Positions 10,570-20,635 of a stretch of DNA of 64,000 nt are shown one piece after another. How positions within the stretch are numbered: position 1 is the stretch's first letter; each line of letters begins with the position of its first letter. The stretch covers positions 26,340 to 90,339 of the forward strand of contig JAXMDU010000006.1 in the NCBI GenBank assembly GCA_046348645.1, written 5' to 3'. A model generated the notes under the pieces. The model was not told the origin of the DNA and did not search any database. It worked only from the letters and a program-made list of their open reading frames with translations. The translations under genes and the position numbers were made by a program. Source of the stretch: Alphaproteobacteria bacterium (GTDB lineage: Bacteria; Pseudomonadota; Alphaproteobacteria; JAXMDU01).

Positions 10570-10619
10570 TGATCGTTCCTTTTCGGGTTCATGTCTTGTT
10601 CATGCCTTGGCGCTTGCCC

Positions 10620-10859
10620 TCAGGCGTCGGCCGGCGCGGCGGTCCTGACCGCAAGGGCATGAAGGGCCGTGCCCATCCGGCCTTGCAGGGCGGAATAAAC
10701 CATTTGGTGCTGCTGCACGCGCGATTTGCCCTTGAATGCCGCCGACACGACATGGGCGGCAAAATGATCGCCGTCGCCGGCCATATCCTCGATCGTCACC
10801 TGGGCGTCGGGCAGGTGCTCCTTGATCAGGCGCACGATTTCGTTCGGGTTCATGGCCAT
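10620..10859 (-). CDS. BolA family protein
   Basis: Start at the internal Met (MAMNPNEIVRLIKEHL). Conserved purL-bolA-grxD arrangement. Confidence 0.7.
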   Translation of the reverse strand: MAMNPNEIVRLIKEHLPDAQVTIEDMAGDGDHFAAHVVSAAFKGKSRVQQHQMVYSALQGRMGTALHALAVRTAAPADA

Positions 10860-10935
10860 GGGCGGCCGGTCTCCAAAGAACTGTCTCCAAAGAACTGTCC
10901 CGGGGCGCGTCACGCCCCGAAAAAGCGTCGATCCC

Positions 10936-13158
10936 TTACGGGGTGGACATATAGGCCGGAAACCACGTTTCGTGGGCGGCCCTGAGTTCGGCCACGGATA
11001 TGGGACGTTCGCCCGGCAGTGTCAACGAATCGCCACCTGTCCGGCCGATCCGATGGGCCGGCACCTTGGCGGCGCGGGCCTCGGCCAGCAGCGCCTCGCC
11101 ATCCGGCGCAGCGACGATGTAACGGGCCTGATCCTCGCCGAACAACCATGCCGATCGCGGCACCTGGGCCTCGGCCGCCGGGGGCTCGATGCTTGCGCCA
11201 AGGCCGCCCGCGATTGCCATCTCGGCCACCGCCACGGCCAGGCCCCCGTCCGATATGTCGTGGCAGGCGCTTAGCCGGCCTGCCCGGATCAAGCCCCGCA
11301 CGAAATCGCCATTGCGGCGCTCGGCAACCAGGTCGACGGGCGGCGGCGCGAAGGCCTGCGGATCATGGCCGCCAATGTCCCGCGCATAGAGCGAGGCCCC
11401 AAGGTGCCCCTGGGTCGCGCCGATCACGATCAGGTCCTCGCCGGCCCGCCGGATGGCAAGCCCCACGCGCAGCGCGACATCATCAAGAAGCCCGATGCCG
11501 CCGATCACCGGCGCCGGCAGGATCGCGCGCCCGTTCGTTTCGTTGTAGAGCGACACGTTGCCGGACACGACCGGGAAGTCCAGGGCGCGGCAGGCGTCGG
11601 CCATGCCTTCGATGCAGCCGGCGAACTGGCCCATGATGTCCGGCCGTTCAGGGTTGCCAAAGTTCATGTTGTCGGTGACGGCAAGCGGGCGGGCGCCGAC
11701 GGCGGTCAGGTTGCGCCAGGCCTCGGCCACTGCCTGGGCACCACCCAGGCGGGGACTGGCGGCGCAATAGCGGGGCGTGCAATCCGACGTCATGGCAAGG
11801 GCGCGGTTGCTGCCGTGCAGGCGCACGATCGCGGCATCGCCGCCCGGGCCCTGCACCGTGTCGGCCATGACCATGTGATCGTACTGTTCCCAGATCCACC
11901 GCCGGCTTGACGCATGGGGGCCGCCGATCAGCCGAAGCAGGGCATCGGCCGCCGCGACCCGCGGGATGGCGGCGGCATCAAGCCCAGGCTTCGGCGGGGT
12001 CGAGACCCAGGGGCGCTGATACTCGGGCGCCGCCTTGGCCAGTGGCGCGATCGGCAGGTCGGCCACCACGCTGTCACCCGCCTTCAGCACCATGCGGCCG
12101 GTGTCGGTCACCCGGCCAATGACGGCGAAATCGAGTTCCCATTTCTCGAAGACAGCCCGGGCCAGATCCTCGCGGCCCGGCTTCAGGACCATCAACATGC
12201 GCTCCTGGCTTTCCGAGAGCATGATGTCATAGGGCGTCATGCCGTCTTCGCGGATGGGCACCCGGTCCAGCCACATTTCAATCCCGGTGCCACCCTTGGA
12301 CGCCATCTCGAAGGATGACGATGTCAGGCCCGCCGCGCCCATGTCCTGGATGGCAACGATGGCATCGGTTGCCATCAGTTCGAGACAGGCTTCAAGCAGC
12401 AGTTTCTCGGTGAACGGGTCGCCCACCTGCACCGTCGGGCGCTTGGCGTCGGCGTCTTCGTTGAATTCGGCCGATGCCATGGTCGCGCCGTGGATCCCGT
12501 CACGGCCGGTCTTGGCGCCGACATAGGTGACGGGGTTGCCGACACCGGCGGCCGCCGAATAAAAGATGCGGTCGGCGCGTGCAACCCCCACGGTCATCGC
12601 ATTGACCAGGATGTTGCCGTCATAGGATGGGTCAAACTCGCATTCGCCGCCCACGGTCGGAACGCCGATGCAGTTGCCATAGCCGCCGATGCCGCCCACC
12701 ACGCCCGCCACCAGGTGGCGCATGCGCGGATTCGACGGCGCCCCGAATCGCAAGGCGTTCAGGTTGGCGATGGGGCGCGCGCCCATGGTGAACACATCGC
12801 GCAGGATACCACCCACGCCGGTTGCCGCGCCCTGATAGGGCTCGATGAACGACGGATGGTTGTGGCTCTCCATCTTGAAGATGCAGGCCAGGCCTTCGCC
12901 GATGTCGATGACGCCCGCGTTCTCGCCGGGGCCGCAGATCACCCACGGCGCCTCGGTCGGCAGCTTGCGCAGCCACACCTTGCTCGACTTGTACGAACAA
13001 TGCTCGGACCACATGACCGAGAAGATGCCAAGCTCGACCAAGTTGGGCTCGCGCCCAAGGATGGACAGGACGCGATCGTATTCCACCGGCGAAAGACCGT
13101 GCTCGGCGACGATTGCGGCCGTGATCCTGGGGGTGGGCTGGCGGGCGAGCGTGGTCAT
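10936..13158 (-). CDS. purL: Phosphoribosylformylglycinamidine synthase subunit PurL
   Basis: About 740 aa. ...[16 protein letters not shown]...[28 protein letters not shown] 14-bp tandem duplication (ggtcatgcgaaaga x2) at 13155-13190 gives two candidate starts. Confidence 0.9.
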   Translation of the reverse strand: MTTLARQPTPRITAAIVAEHGLSPVEYDRVLSILGREPNLVELGIFSVMWSEHCSYKSSKVWLRKLPTEAPWVICGPGENAGVIDIGEGLACIFKMESHNHPSFIEPYQGAATGVGGILRDVFTMGARPIANLNALRFGAPSNPRMRHLVAGVVGGIGGYGNCIGVPTVGGECEFDPSYDGNILVNAMTVGVARADRIFYSAAAGVGNPVTYVGAKTGRDGIHGATMASAEFNEDADAKRPTVQVGDPFTEKLLLEACLELMATDAIVAIQDMGAAGLTSSSFEMASKGGTGIEMWLDRVPIREDGMTPYDIMLSESQERMLMVLKPGREDLARAVFEKWELDFAVIGRVTDTGRMVLKAGDSVVADLPIAPLAKAAPEYQRPWVSTPPKPGLDAAAIPRVAAADALLRLIGGPHASSRRWIWEQYDHMVMADTVQGPGGDAAIVRLHGSNRALAMTSDCTPRYCAASPRLGGAQAVAEAWRNLTAVGARPLAVTDNMNFGNPERPDIMGQFAGCIEGMADACRALDFPVVSGNVSLYNETNGRAILPAPVIGGIGLLDDVALRVGLAIRRAGEDLIVIGATQGHLGASLYARDIGGHDPQAFAPPPVDLVAERRNGDFVRGLIRAGRLSACHDISDGGLAVAVAEMAIAGGLGASIEPPAAEAQVPRSAWLFGEDQARYIVAAPDGEALLAEARAAKVPAHRIGRTGGDSLTLPGERPISVAELRAAHETWFPAYMSTP

Positions 13159-13171
13159 GCGAAAGATGTGG

Positions 13172-13861
13172 TCATGCGAAAGACTGGGCAAGAGCCGCGA
13201 ACATCGCCTGCCCGTCGGTCGTTCCGTGCAGGGGGTCCGCCGCGCGTTCCGGATGCGGCATCAGGCCAAGCACGCGCCGCTTGGTGTCGAACACGCCGGC
13301 AATGTTGCCAAGCGCACCATTGGGGTTGGCATCGGGCGTCACCTTGCCATCGGCATCGCAATAGCGGAACGCCACCTGGCCTTCGCCTTCGATCCGGGCC
13401 AGGATGTCCGGCGCCGCGAAATAGTTGCCGTCCGCATGGGCGATGGGAAAGACGACCCGCTGGCCCGACTGGTAGCGGCGCGTGAAGGGTGTGTCGGCGC
13501 GTTCGACCCGCAGCGCCACCGGCCGGCAGATGAAGTGCAGGGCCGCGTTGCGCATCAGCACACCCGGCAGCAGACCCGATTCGGTCAGGACCTGGAATCC
13601 GTTGCAGATGCCAAGCACGGCAACCCCGGCGGACGCCCGCGCCTTGACCTCGCGCATGATGGGCGAATGGGCGGCCATGGCGCCGCAGCGCAGATAGTCG
13701 CCATAGGAAAATCCGCCGGGCAGGACGATCAGATCAACCCTGGGCAGGGTGGTTTCGCGGTGCCAGACCATGACCGGCTTGCAGCCCGCCTTGTCGAGCG
13801 CGACGAACACGTCGCGATCGCAGTTCGAGCCGGGAAAGACGACGACGGCGCTTTTCATCAC
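13172..13861 (-). CDS. purQ: Phosphoribosylformylglycinamidine synthase glutaminase subunit PurQ
   Basis: 229 aa. [17 protein letters not shown]...GICNGFQVL...HPER. Confidence 0.9.
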   Translation of the reverse strand: MMKSAVVVFPGSNCDRDVFVALDKAGCKPVMVWHRETTLPRVDLIVLPGGFSYGDYLRCGAMAAHSPIMREVKARASAGVAVLGICNGFQVLTESGLLPGVLMRNAALHFICRPVALRVERADTPFTRRYQSGQRVVFPIAHADGNYFAAPDILARIEGEGQVAFRYCDADGKVTPDANPNGALGNIAGVFDTKRRVLGLMPHPERAADPLHGTTDGQAMFAALAQSFA

Positions 13862-13895
13862 CGCACCATGGGCATGGCGCCATTCATTCCGTGGA

Positions 13896-14153
13896 TCACG
13901 ATGCGCTGGGTTCGAGTTCGACCCGGTAGTTCTCGATCACGGTGTTGGCCAGCAGCGTGTCGCACATGGCCTGGACGCGGGATTGGGCGCTGGCGATGTC
14001 GGTCTCGTCGAGCAGAAGCTCGATGTATTTGCCCTGCCGCACGTCCTGGATGCCGCCGAAGCCAAGCCCCGCCAGGGCGTGCGCGATGGCCTTGCCCTGC
14101 GGGTCGAGCACGCCATTCTTCAGCGTGATGTGGATTTTCGCCTTCAATGCCAT
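13896..14153 (-). CDS. purS: Phosphoribosylformylglycinamidine synthase subunit PurS
   Basis: Internal Met of ORF 13896..14453: [23 protein letters not shown]..., 86 aa. Confidence 0.8.
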   Translation of the reverse strand: MALKAKIHITLKNGVLDPQGKAIAHALAGLGFGGIQDVRQGKYIELLLDETDIASAQSRVQAMCDTLLANTVIENYRVELEPSAS

Positions 14154-14163
14154 GCGACCGCGA

Positions 14164-14927
14164 TCACTGAATGGTGGACGGGCCTTCCAGGTCCTGCGGG
14201 CCGCTTTCCGGCAGGATCCCCAGGCGGCGCGCCACTTCCCGGTAGGCTTCCTCGACCTTGCCCAGATCGCGGCGGAAGCGATCCTTGTCCATCTTCTCGT
14301 TGGTGCGGATGTCCCACAGCCGGCAGGAATCGGGGCTGATCTCGTCGGCCAGCACGATCCGCATCTGGTCGTCTTCGTAGTAGCGGCCGAATTCCAGCTT
14401 GAAATCGACGAGGCGGATGCCGACCCCCAGGAACAGGCCCGACAGATAGTCATTGATGCGAAGCGCCAGGGTCAGCATGTCGTCGATGTCCTGGGTCGTC
14501 GCCCAGCCGAACGCGGTAATGTGCTCTTCCGACACCATCGGGTCGCCAAGCTCGTCGTTCTTGTAATAGTACTCGACGATCGAGCGCGGCAGCGGCGTTC
14601 CCTCGGGAATGCCAAGCCGCTGCGAAAGCGAGCCAGCCGCCACGTTGCGAATCACCACCTCGATGGGAATGATCTCGACCTGGCGGACAAGCTGCTCGCG
14701 CATGTTCGGGCGGCGCACGAAATGGGTCAGGATGCGCATTTCCTCAGGCGCAGCATCAGGAACTCGCTGATCCGGTTATTCAGGACGCCCTTGCCGCTGA
14801 TGACGCCGCGCTTCTTGTTGTTGAAGGCGGTTGCATCGTCCTTGAAGTACTGGATCAGCGTGCCGGGCTCGGGCCCCTCGAATAGAACCTTGGCCTTGCC
14901 TTCATAGATGCGTCTGCGCCTGGCCAT
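14164..14927 (-). CDS. purC: SAICAR synthetase, split by a 1-bp frameshift near 14742
   Basis: N-terminal half ([36 protein letters not shown]...[10 protein letters not shown]) is in ORF 14727..15083. C-terminal half ([35 protein letters not shown]...) is in ORF 14164..14739. Adding one G to ctgcgcctgaggaa restores [15 protein letters not shown], matching the PurC consensus. Confidence 0.85.
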
Positions 14928-15422
14928 TTCGCCATCCATCGGAAAAACTGTGCCGCCACGCACGGAATCGAGCGTTCCGAACCGTCGGCTTGGCGCCCTT
15001 ACTGGAAACAGAGCCGAACGTATACCAGGAACGATCGGCGCCGACAACGCCGAGTGCCATCCGGCCAACCATGAGGCCCACAATATTTTGTGGAAGAAAT
15101 GAACCCAGGCCCACTAGGATTAGGCTGGATCGTCTGATAGAGCACCTCGCCCGGGCGCCCGGGGGCCGTCGGAAGATCGCCTTGCCATCGCCCAGGATTG
15201 CGGCTGGGAAGGGCGATCAGCGCGCTTGAAACGGTCCCGTAGCCGCTGGTGACGAAATGGTCATCGCCGCAAGCGGCCGTCCTCGACACCTTCGGTCCGG
15301 TCGGCGAAGTCGGCTTCCAGGCGGTCCAGTCGTTCCGGCCGGGATCAGGCGGCGGCGCGGCCAGGAAGCGCGGGCGGAAGGTCCAGATCGCTCCGACGCC
15401 GGATCATTCATCTCGCGCGACG

Positions 15423-15863
15423 TCAGGATGCCGACCCCTCGGGGACCGGCAGGATCTCGGCCCGTGGCGCGCCGGAATGGCGCAGCCAGAAGGCGTTGTC
15501 GCCGTCGGCAACAACCATGTTGAAGGGCCGATAGGGGCTTGCGTCCATGCGGCCCAGGACGGTGGCGGCGGCGTCGGCGCTGCCATGGTCCAGGGCTTCG
15601 ATCACCAGTTGGCCCCGGGACAGCATGCCGGGGGCGGGGCCCAGGCTGTTGCGGCGGTTGAGCATGGCGGCCACCACGCCTCGACCGTTCAGGCCAAGCC
15701 AGCTTCCGCCGGCCAGCCGGTCGAGACCGGCCACCACGTCGGGCCGGTCGGGCCAGTGACGGCCGGGCGGCGCCCAGGGACGGGTCACGATTTCGTCGCG
15801 GTTGGCGCCCAGGATCAGCGGCCACTTATGGCCGGGCCGGCGCAATGTCACCAGAATGCACAC
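15423..15863 (-). CDS. NRDE-family (DUF833/TANGO2-like) protein, probably C-terminally truncated by frameshift(s)
   Basis: MCILVTL...LILGANRDE N-terminus is diagnostic, but only 146 aa of an expected ~250. Downstream frames (15250-15420) carry plausible remnants (SDLDLPPALP..., ...ADFADRT). Confidence 0.55.
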   Translation of the reverse strand: MCILVTLRRPGHKWPLILGANRDEIVTRPWAPPGRHWPDRPDVVAGLDRLAGGSWLGLNGRGVVAAMLNRRNSLGPAPGMLSRGQLVIEALDHGSADAAATVLGRMDASPYRPFNMVVADGDNAFWLRHSGAPRAEILPVPEGSAS

Positions 15864-15947
15864 GAATCTTTCGATACCACTGGATGGGACGCGCGGCTAT
15901 AAGGGCCTGCAAGCCAGCACGACCACGTGAAGCCCCTTGGAGGAACG

Positions 15948-16268
15948 ATGACCACCTTCGAAGATCGCGAAAAGAGCTTCGAAAAGAAGTATCAGCACGA
16001 CGAACAGCTGAAGTTCAAGGTAAATGCGCGGCGTAACAAGCTCCTGGGGCTGTGGGCGGCCGACAAGCTTGGCCTCAAGGGTGCCGATGCCGAAGCCTAT
16101 GCCAAGGGTGTCGTCGCGGCCGATTTCAACCGTCCCGGCCATGAAGACGTGATCGAAAAAGTGGTTGCCGATTTCAAGGCGCGTTCGATCGAGATCGCCG
16201 CCCATACCGTTCGCCATGAAGCGGACCGGCTTCTGATGACGGCCAAGCAGCAGGTCATGAACGAGTAG
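15948..16268 (+). CDS. DUF1476 protein (homologue of the F1Fo-ATPase inhibitor zeta subunit of alphaproteobacteria)
   Basis: MTTFEDREKSFEKKYQHDEQLKFKVNARRNKLLGLWAA... is a close match to the zeta-subunit/DUF1476 family. 106 aa from the internal Met. Confidence 0.75.
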   Translation: MTTFEDREKSFEKKYQHDEQLKFKVNARRNKLLGLWAADKLGLKGADAEAYAKGVVAADFNRPGHEDVIEKVVADFKARSIEIAAHTVRHEADRLLMTAKQQVMNE

Positions 16269-16295
16269 GCATGGTGAACAGCAAGGCGGGGGCCT

Positions 16296-17593
16296 TCAGC
16301 TTCTGCCGAACACGCGCGCGAAGATCGTATCGACGTGGCGCATGTGATAGGCCAGATCGAACATCGGGTCGAGTTCGCGTGGCGTAAGCCGGGCAAGCAC
16401 CGCCTTGTCGGCCTTCAGTCGATCGAGAAAGCTTCCGCCCTGCTGCCAGGTGGCCATGGCGTTTCGCTGCACGGCTTGGTAGGCGTCCTCGCGGCTCATG
16501 CCCGCCTGGGTCAGGGCCAGCAGAACGCGCTGGGAATGGACCAGTCCGCCCAGCGCATCCAGGTTGCGCTGCATGGCCTCGGGATAGACGACCAGATTGC
16601 GGATAACGCCTGCCATGCGGGCGAGGGCAAAATCGAGCCCGATCGTCGCATCAGGCCCAGGACCCGCTCGACCGAAGAATGCGAAATGTCGCGTTCGTGC
16701 CACAGCGCCACGTTCTCGAGCGCCGGCACCACGGCGGCGCGGACCAGCCTGGCAAGGCCGGTCAGGTTTTCGGTCAGGACCGGATTGCGCTTGTGCGGCA
16801 TCGCCGACGAGCCCTTCTGGCCCGGCGAGAAGTATTCCTCGGCCTCGCGAACCTCGGTCCGCTGCAAATGCCGGATCTCGGTTGCCAGCCGCTCGATCGA
16901 GCTTGCCACCACCGCAAGGGCGGCGAAGAACGCCGCGTGGCGGTCGCGCGGGATGACCTGGGTCGAAACCGGCTCGACGGAAAGCCCCAGCTTTTCGGCG
17001 ACATGGGCCTCGACGCGCGGGTCGATGTTGGCAAAGGTGCCGACCGCGCCGGAAATGGCACAGGTCGCAATCTCGCGCCGGGCTTCGACAAGCCGATCGC
17101 GATTGCGGCGGAATTCGGCGTAGTGGCCGGCCAGCTTCAGGCCAAAGGTTGTCGGCTCGGCATGGATGCCATGGCTGCGGCCGATGCAGGGCGTCATCTT
17201 GTGTTCGAAGGCCCGCGTCTCGAGAGCGGCAAGCAGGTCGTCGACATCGGCGATCAACAGGTCGGCCGCCTGCTTGAATTGGACCGCAAGGCAGGTATCC
17301 AGCACATCCGATGACGTCATGCCCTGGTGGACGAACCGCGCCTCGGGCCCGACGTATTCCGCCAGATTGGTCAGGAAGGCGATGACGTCGTGCTTGGTTT
17401 CCTTCTCGATCGCATCGATCCTTGCGATCTCGAAGCGCCCGCGTTCCCAGACGGCCTTGGCGGCCTCGGCGGGGATCACGCCAAGCGCCGCCTGTGCGTC
17501 GCAGGCATGCGCCTCAATCTCGAACCAGATGCGGAACTTGTTTTCGGGCTCCCAGATTGCCGCCATCTGCGGGCGGCTATAGCGGGGGATCAT
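16296..17593 (-). CDS. purB: Adenylosuccinate lyase, split by a 1-bp frameshift near 16652
   Basis: N-terminal 311 aa (MIPRYSRPQMAAIWEPENKF...WHERDISHSSVERV) is in ORF 16511..17593. C-terminal part (GPDATIGLDFALARMAGVIRNLVVYPEAM...) is in ORF 16296..16703. Adding one C to gtcctgggcctgatgcg restores ERVLGPDATIGL. Confidence 0.85.
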
Positions 17594-17680
17594 CGGCGCT
17601 CCACGGCGATTCTGTCAGGAAGCCGCTCACTTAGCACGGGCCCGGGGCGGCCGGAAGGGCGGTGCGCCGACGATCAGGAA

Positions 17681-18112
17681 TCAGCCCTTCTTGTCGTGAT
17701 GGGGCCGCTCACCAACCGGGCCGCCACTGGCCTTCCACTTGCTGAAGCCGCCCTCGAGATGGGCGACCGGGGCAAGGCCCATTTCCTGGACCGCGCGGGT
17801 GGCTAGGGCCGAACGCCAGGCGCTGGCACAATAGAACACGAAGCGTTTGCCGCTGCCGAATATCTCTTTGTAATACGGACTGGCCGGATCGACCCAGAAT
17901 TCCAGCATGCCGCGCGGCGCATGGAACGCGCCGGGGATCATGCCGTCGCGCTCAAGCTCGCGCACGTCGCGCAGATCGACAAAGATCGTATCGTCGCGAC
18001 CATGAAGCTTCCGCGCCTCTTCGAACGGCACAGTCTCGATCACCGCGTTTGCCTCGCGGACCAGGTCCTTGACGCCCTTTTTGATCATCGCACGCTCCCA
18101 ATTCTCTTGCAT
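17681..18112 (-). CDS. Single-domain rhodanese-like sulfurtransferase
   Basis: C-terminal 143 aa of the fused ORF 17681..19591: ...FVDLRDVRELERDGMIPGAFHAPRG...FVFYCASAWRSA (active-site Cys loop). Start at ATG 18110-18112 (MQENWERAMIKKG), or MIKKG at 18088. Confidence 0.7.
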   Translation of the reverse strand: MQENWERAMIKKGVKDLVREANAVIETVPFEEARKLHGRDDTIFVDLRDVRELERDGMIPGAFHAPRGMLEFWVDPASPYYKEIFGSGKRFVFYCASAWRSALATRAVQEMGLAPVAHLEGGFSKWKASGGPVGERPHHDKKG

Positions 18113-18125
18113 GAACCCAATTTTC

Positions 18126-19591
18126 TTACATGAACCAGGTCCGGTAATACCGCTGATCGAGGTGATATTCCACAATCCGGTGATTGTTGGTGTCCGAGAC
18201 CAGCAAGCGGCCGGGCCCGGCCACCGTGACACCGGCCGGTTCGGCCAGCGGCAGGCACAGGGAATCGCGGCATTCCAGGCCGTCATCCAGATCGCCCACC
18301 GCCTGGGCACGAAGATCGACGATCCGCAGGGCGTTGTTATAGCTGTCCGCCACCACCAGCCGGTCGGGGGCAAGCCAGTCGAGGCCAAGCGCATGCTGCA
18401 GCCGCGCCAGCCGGAAACCCCCGTTGATATGGCCAAACTCGAACAGGCCGGTGCCGACGATGGTTTCGACCCGGGGCTGAAGTCCAAGGTGAAGAACGCG
18501 CACCGATGATGTCTCGCTGTCGGCAAAGGCGATTCGCAACCGGTCCGGGTGGATGGCAAGACCGCTCGGCTGCGCCAGCAGAACCCGCGAGGGCGGGCCA
18601 TCGGACCTTCGCCACCGGTTCCGGCGGCTGCGGCGACGGTCCCGCGCCCCAGATCGATGACACCGATCTGATGGGTGCCGGCATTGGCGAAGTAGAGCCG
18701 ATTCCCGAGCAGCGCAAGATCCCAGACCGACGCCAGCGCGGTGGCCGACGCCACCGTTTCGTCGCGGCCGAGCGCGCCGCCGCGGCGGCCATTGCCGGCC
18801 AGTGTCGTCACCCGGCGTTTGCCAAGATCGATATGGCGGATGCCATGGTTGAAGGTATCCGCCACATAGATCTGGCCCGGCGCCACGGCGATCCCCTGCG
18901 GGCTTGCGAAACTTGCCTGGTCCACCGTCCCGTCTGCGCGCCCCGCCTGGCCGTTGCCGAAGCGCTCGATTTCATGGCCCGAATCGTCCAGCACCGCGAT
19001 CTGATGGTGCCCTGAATCGGCCACCACCCAGCGCGCATCGCCACCTTCGCCAAGCCGTCTGATCTTGCCAGGAAAGGCAAGCCGGCCGGCGGCCTTTGGC
19101 GGCGGCAGCAAGGCGATGGGGGATGGCTTGATGAATCCCTGTTTTTCCGACTCGGCCAGGATCTGGCGCACGGCGACCACAAGCTTGTCGGGATCTGGTT
19201 CACCGGCCGTCTGGCCGAGCAGGTTGCCATCCGGTCCGATGAAGACCAGGGTCGGCCAGGCGCGAACGGCATAATCGCGCCAGATCAGCATTCCGGCATC
19301 ATGCACGACCGGGTGCCGGATGTCGTAGCGGGCAATCGCCTTGGCGACATTTCCGGCATCCCGCTCGGCGGCGAATTTCGGCGAATGCACCCCGATCACG
19401 GCCACGGTATCGGGGAATTCCTCTTCGACCCGGCGCAGGGTCTGAAGGACGTGCATGCAGTTGATGCAGCAGAAGGTCCAGAAATCGAGAATGACCAGCT
19501 TGCCGCGCAGTCCGGCCAGGGCAAGCGGGCGCTCGGTGTTGAACCAGACCAGGGCGGGGCGATCGATCTCGGGGGCGCGGGTTCTGGCCAT
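18126..19591 (-). CDS. Thioredoxin-like (TlpA/redoxin) plus NHL-repeat domain protein, with a frameshift near 18615
   Basis: N-terminus LVILDFWTFCCINCMHV (CxxC) then NHL repeats (RWVVADSGHHQIAVLD..., QIYVADTFNHGIRHIDL). The read-through frame turns to garbage after GTGGEG. The authentic continuation (SDGPPSRVLLAQPSGLA...RIAFADSETSSVRVLHL...LLVSDTNNHRIVEYHL) is in ORF 18126..18539. Confidence 0.7.
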
Positions 19592-19636
19592 CTGCGTCGA
19601 TCCTGTGCCTCGGTCCAGGCCGGCTGGTCTTGCGCC

Positions 19637-20062
19637 TTATGTCACCTTGAACGGCCCCATGGCCGAATCGGGGTAGTGCGAGGTGTCGCCCGGCAGGCGA
19701 TCGCCGATCTCGAGAATGGTGGCGGGCAGGTCGGACCGGTTGATCAGGGTGTGGCCGTTGGCCTCGCCGCCCCGGAATCCGGCCGCCATGCCGGCGGTGA
19801 GAACCGTCTCTCCCTGGCCCGTCACCAGCACTAGCTCGCCATCAAGCACGTAGACCAATTCGTCCTGGACGCTGTGCCAGTGGCGGGCCGAGCTTTGGGT
19901 GCCGGGCTCCAGTACCGTCAGGTTGACGCCGAAATTCCTGAGGCCGGCTGCATCGCCCAGGGCGCGGCGGTGGCGCCCGGCCACCAGCCGGTCATAGGGG
20001 GGCGGGTAGCGCTTCGAGCCGGTGACGACAGGCAGGGTCTTCGGATCTATGACGGTTGCCAT
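19637..20062 (-). CDS. Cupin-domain protein
   Basis: 141 aa. GTQSSARHWHSVQDELVYVLDGELVLVTGQGE is the cupin_2 two-motif pattern. Confidence 0.65.
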   Translation of the reverse strand: MATVIDPKTLPVVTGSKRYPPPYDRLVAGRHRRALGDAAGLRNFGVNLTVLEPGTQSSARHWHSVQDELVYVLDGELVLVTGQGETVLTAGMAAGFRGGEANGHTLINRSDLPATILEIGDRLPGDTSHYPDSAMGPFKVT

Positions 20063-20071
20063 GGTGATGCC

Positions 20072-20547
20072 CTATCCTCCCCAATATGGGTCGCCCCAGT
20101 AGCGCCCGGTCGAGCCGATCAGGACCGTGAGCAGTCCCAGATGAAGGATAATCAGCAGAATGTGGCGGATCAATTCGAGCTCCCGGGTCGCGGCCGGCAA
20201 GTCGTTGCCGGCCAGGGCGGCCTTCATCAACCGGGGTGCGAAATAGAGATAGACGAACAGGATGGTCATCGGAATCGACGTCGCCTGCATGATGTGGACG
20301 TGGATGCCCACATTGGCGAACCCCTCGAAGAACCAGAACACCATCCCGTAGCCGCTGACATTGAGCGCGACGATCGAGACCCGGACCAGGGCGCGAAGCT
20401 TGCCATGGCACGGCGCCACAGGGGCACCCGCAGGGCAGCTTCCAGCGGCGATGCCGCTGGCCGCATGCAGACATAGGCGAAAAAGGTCCCCCCCACCCAG
20501 ATGACCGAGGCAACCAGATGGATGGCGATGGCGATGTCGATGATCAT
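20072..20547 (-). CDS. Small polytopic membrane protein, HemJ/UPF0093-like (possible protoporphyrinogen oxidase), split by a 1-bp frameshift near 20417
   Basis: MIIDIAIAIHLVASVIWVGGTFFAY (the H...W.GG pattern of HemJ) is in ORF 20266..20547. ...HGKLRALVRVSIVALNVSGYGMVFW...HVHIMQ...YLYFAPRLMKA is in ORF 20072..20419. Adding one C to cgtgccatggcaag joins them. The family assignment is tentative. Confidence 0.4.
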
Positions 20548-20635
20548 GCCCGACTCGTTACGGCGTTATCAGTTTGGCGGCAGAATGGCCGCAGCTTGCC
20601 ATGGCGTCGAGAGGCGATCAATTACCGTCGGCATT

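Noticed and set aside
9359-10572. ORFs 9359-9778(+), 9851-10342(+) and 10198-10572(+) overlapping the dehydrogenase and glutaredoxin genes
   Set aside because: Antisense to strongly conserved genes, with no motifs.
14928-15250. Possible ZTP (pfl) or purine riboswitch upstream of purC
   Set aside because: The conserved cores are not present on the minus strand. I looked for GGGUCGUGAC...CCGCCUGGGCA and for the purine-aptamer junction motifs and found neither.
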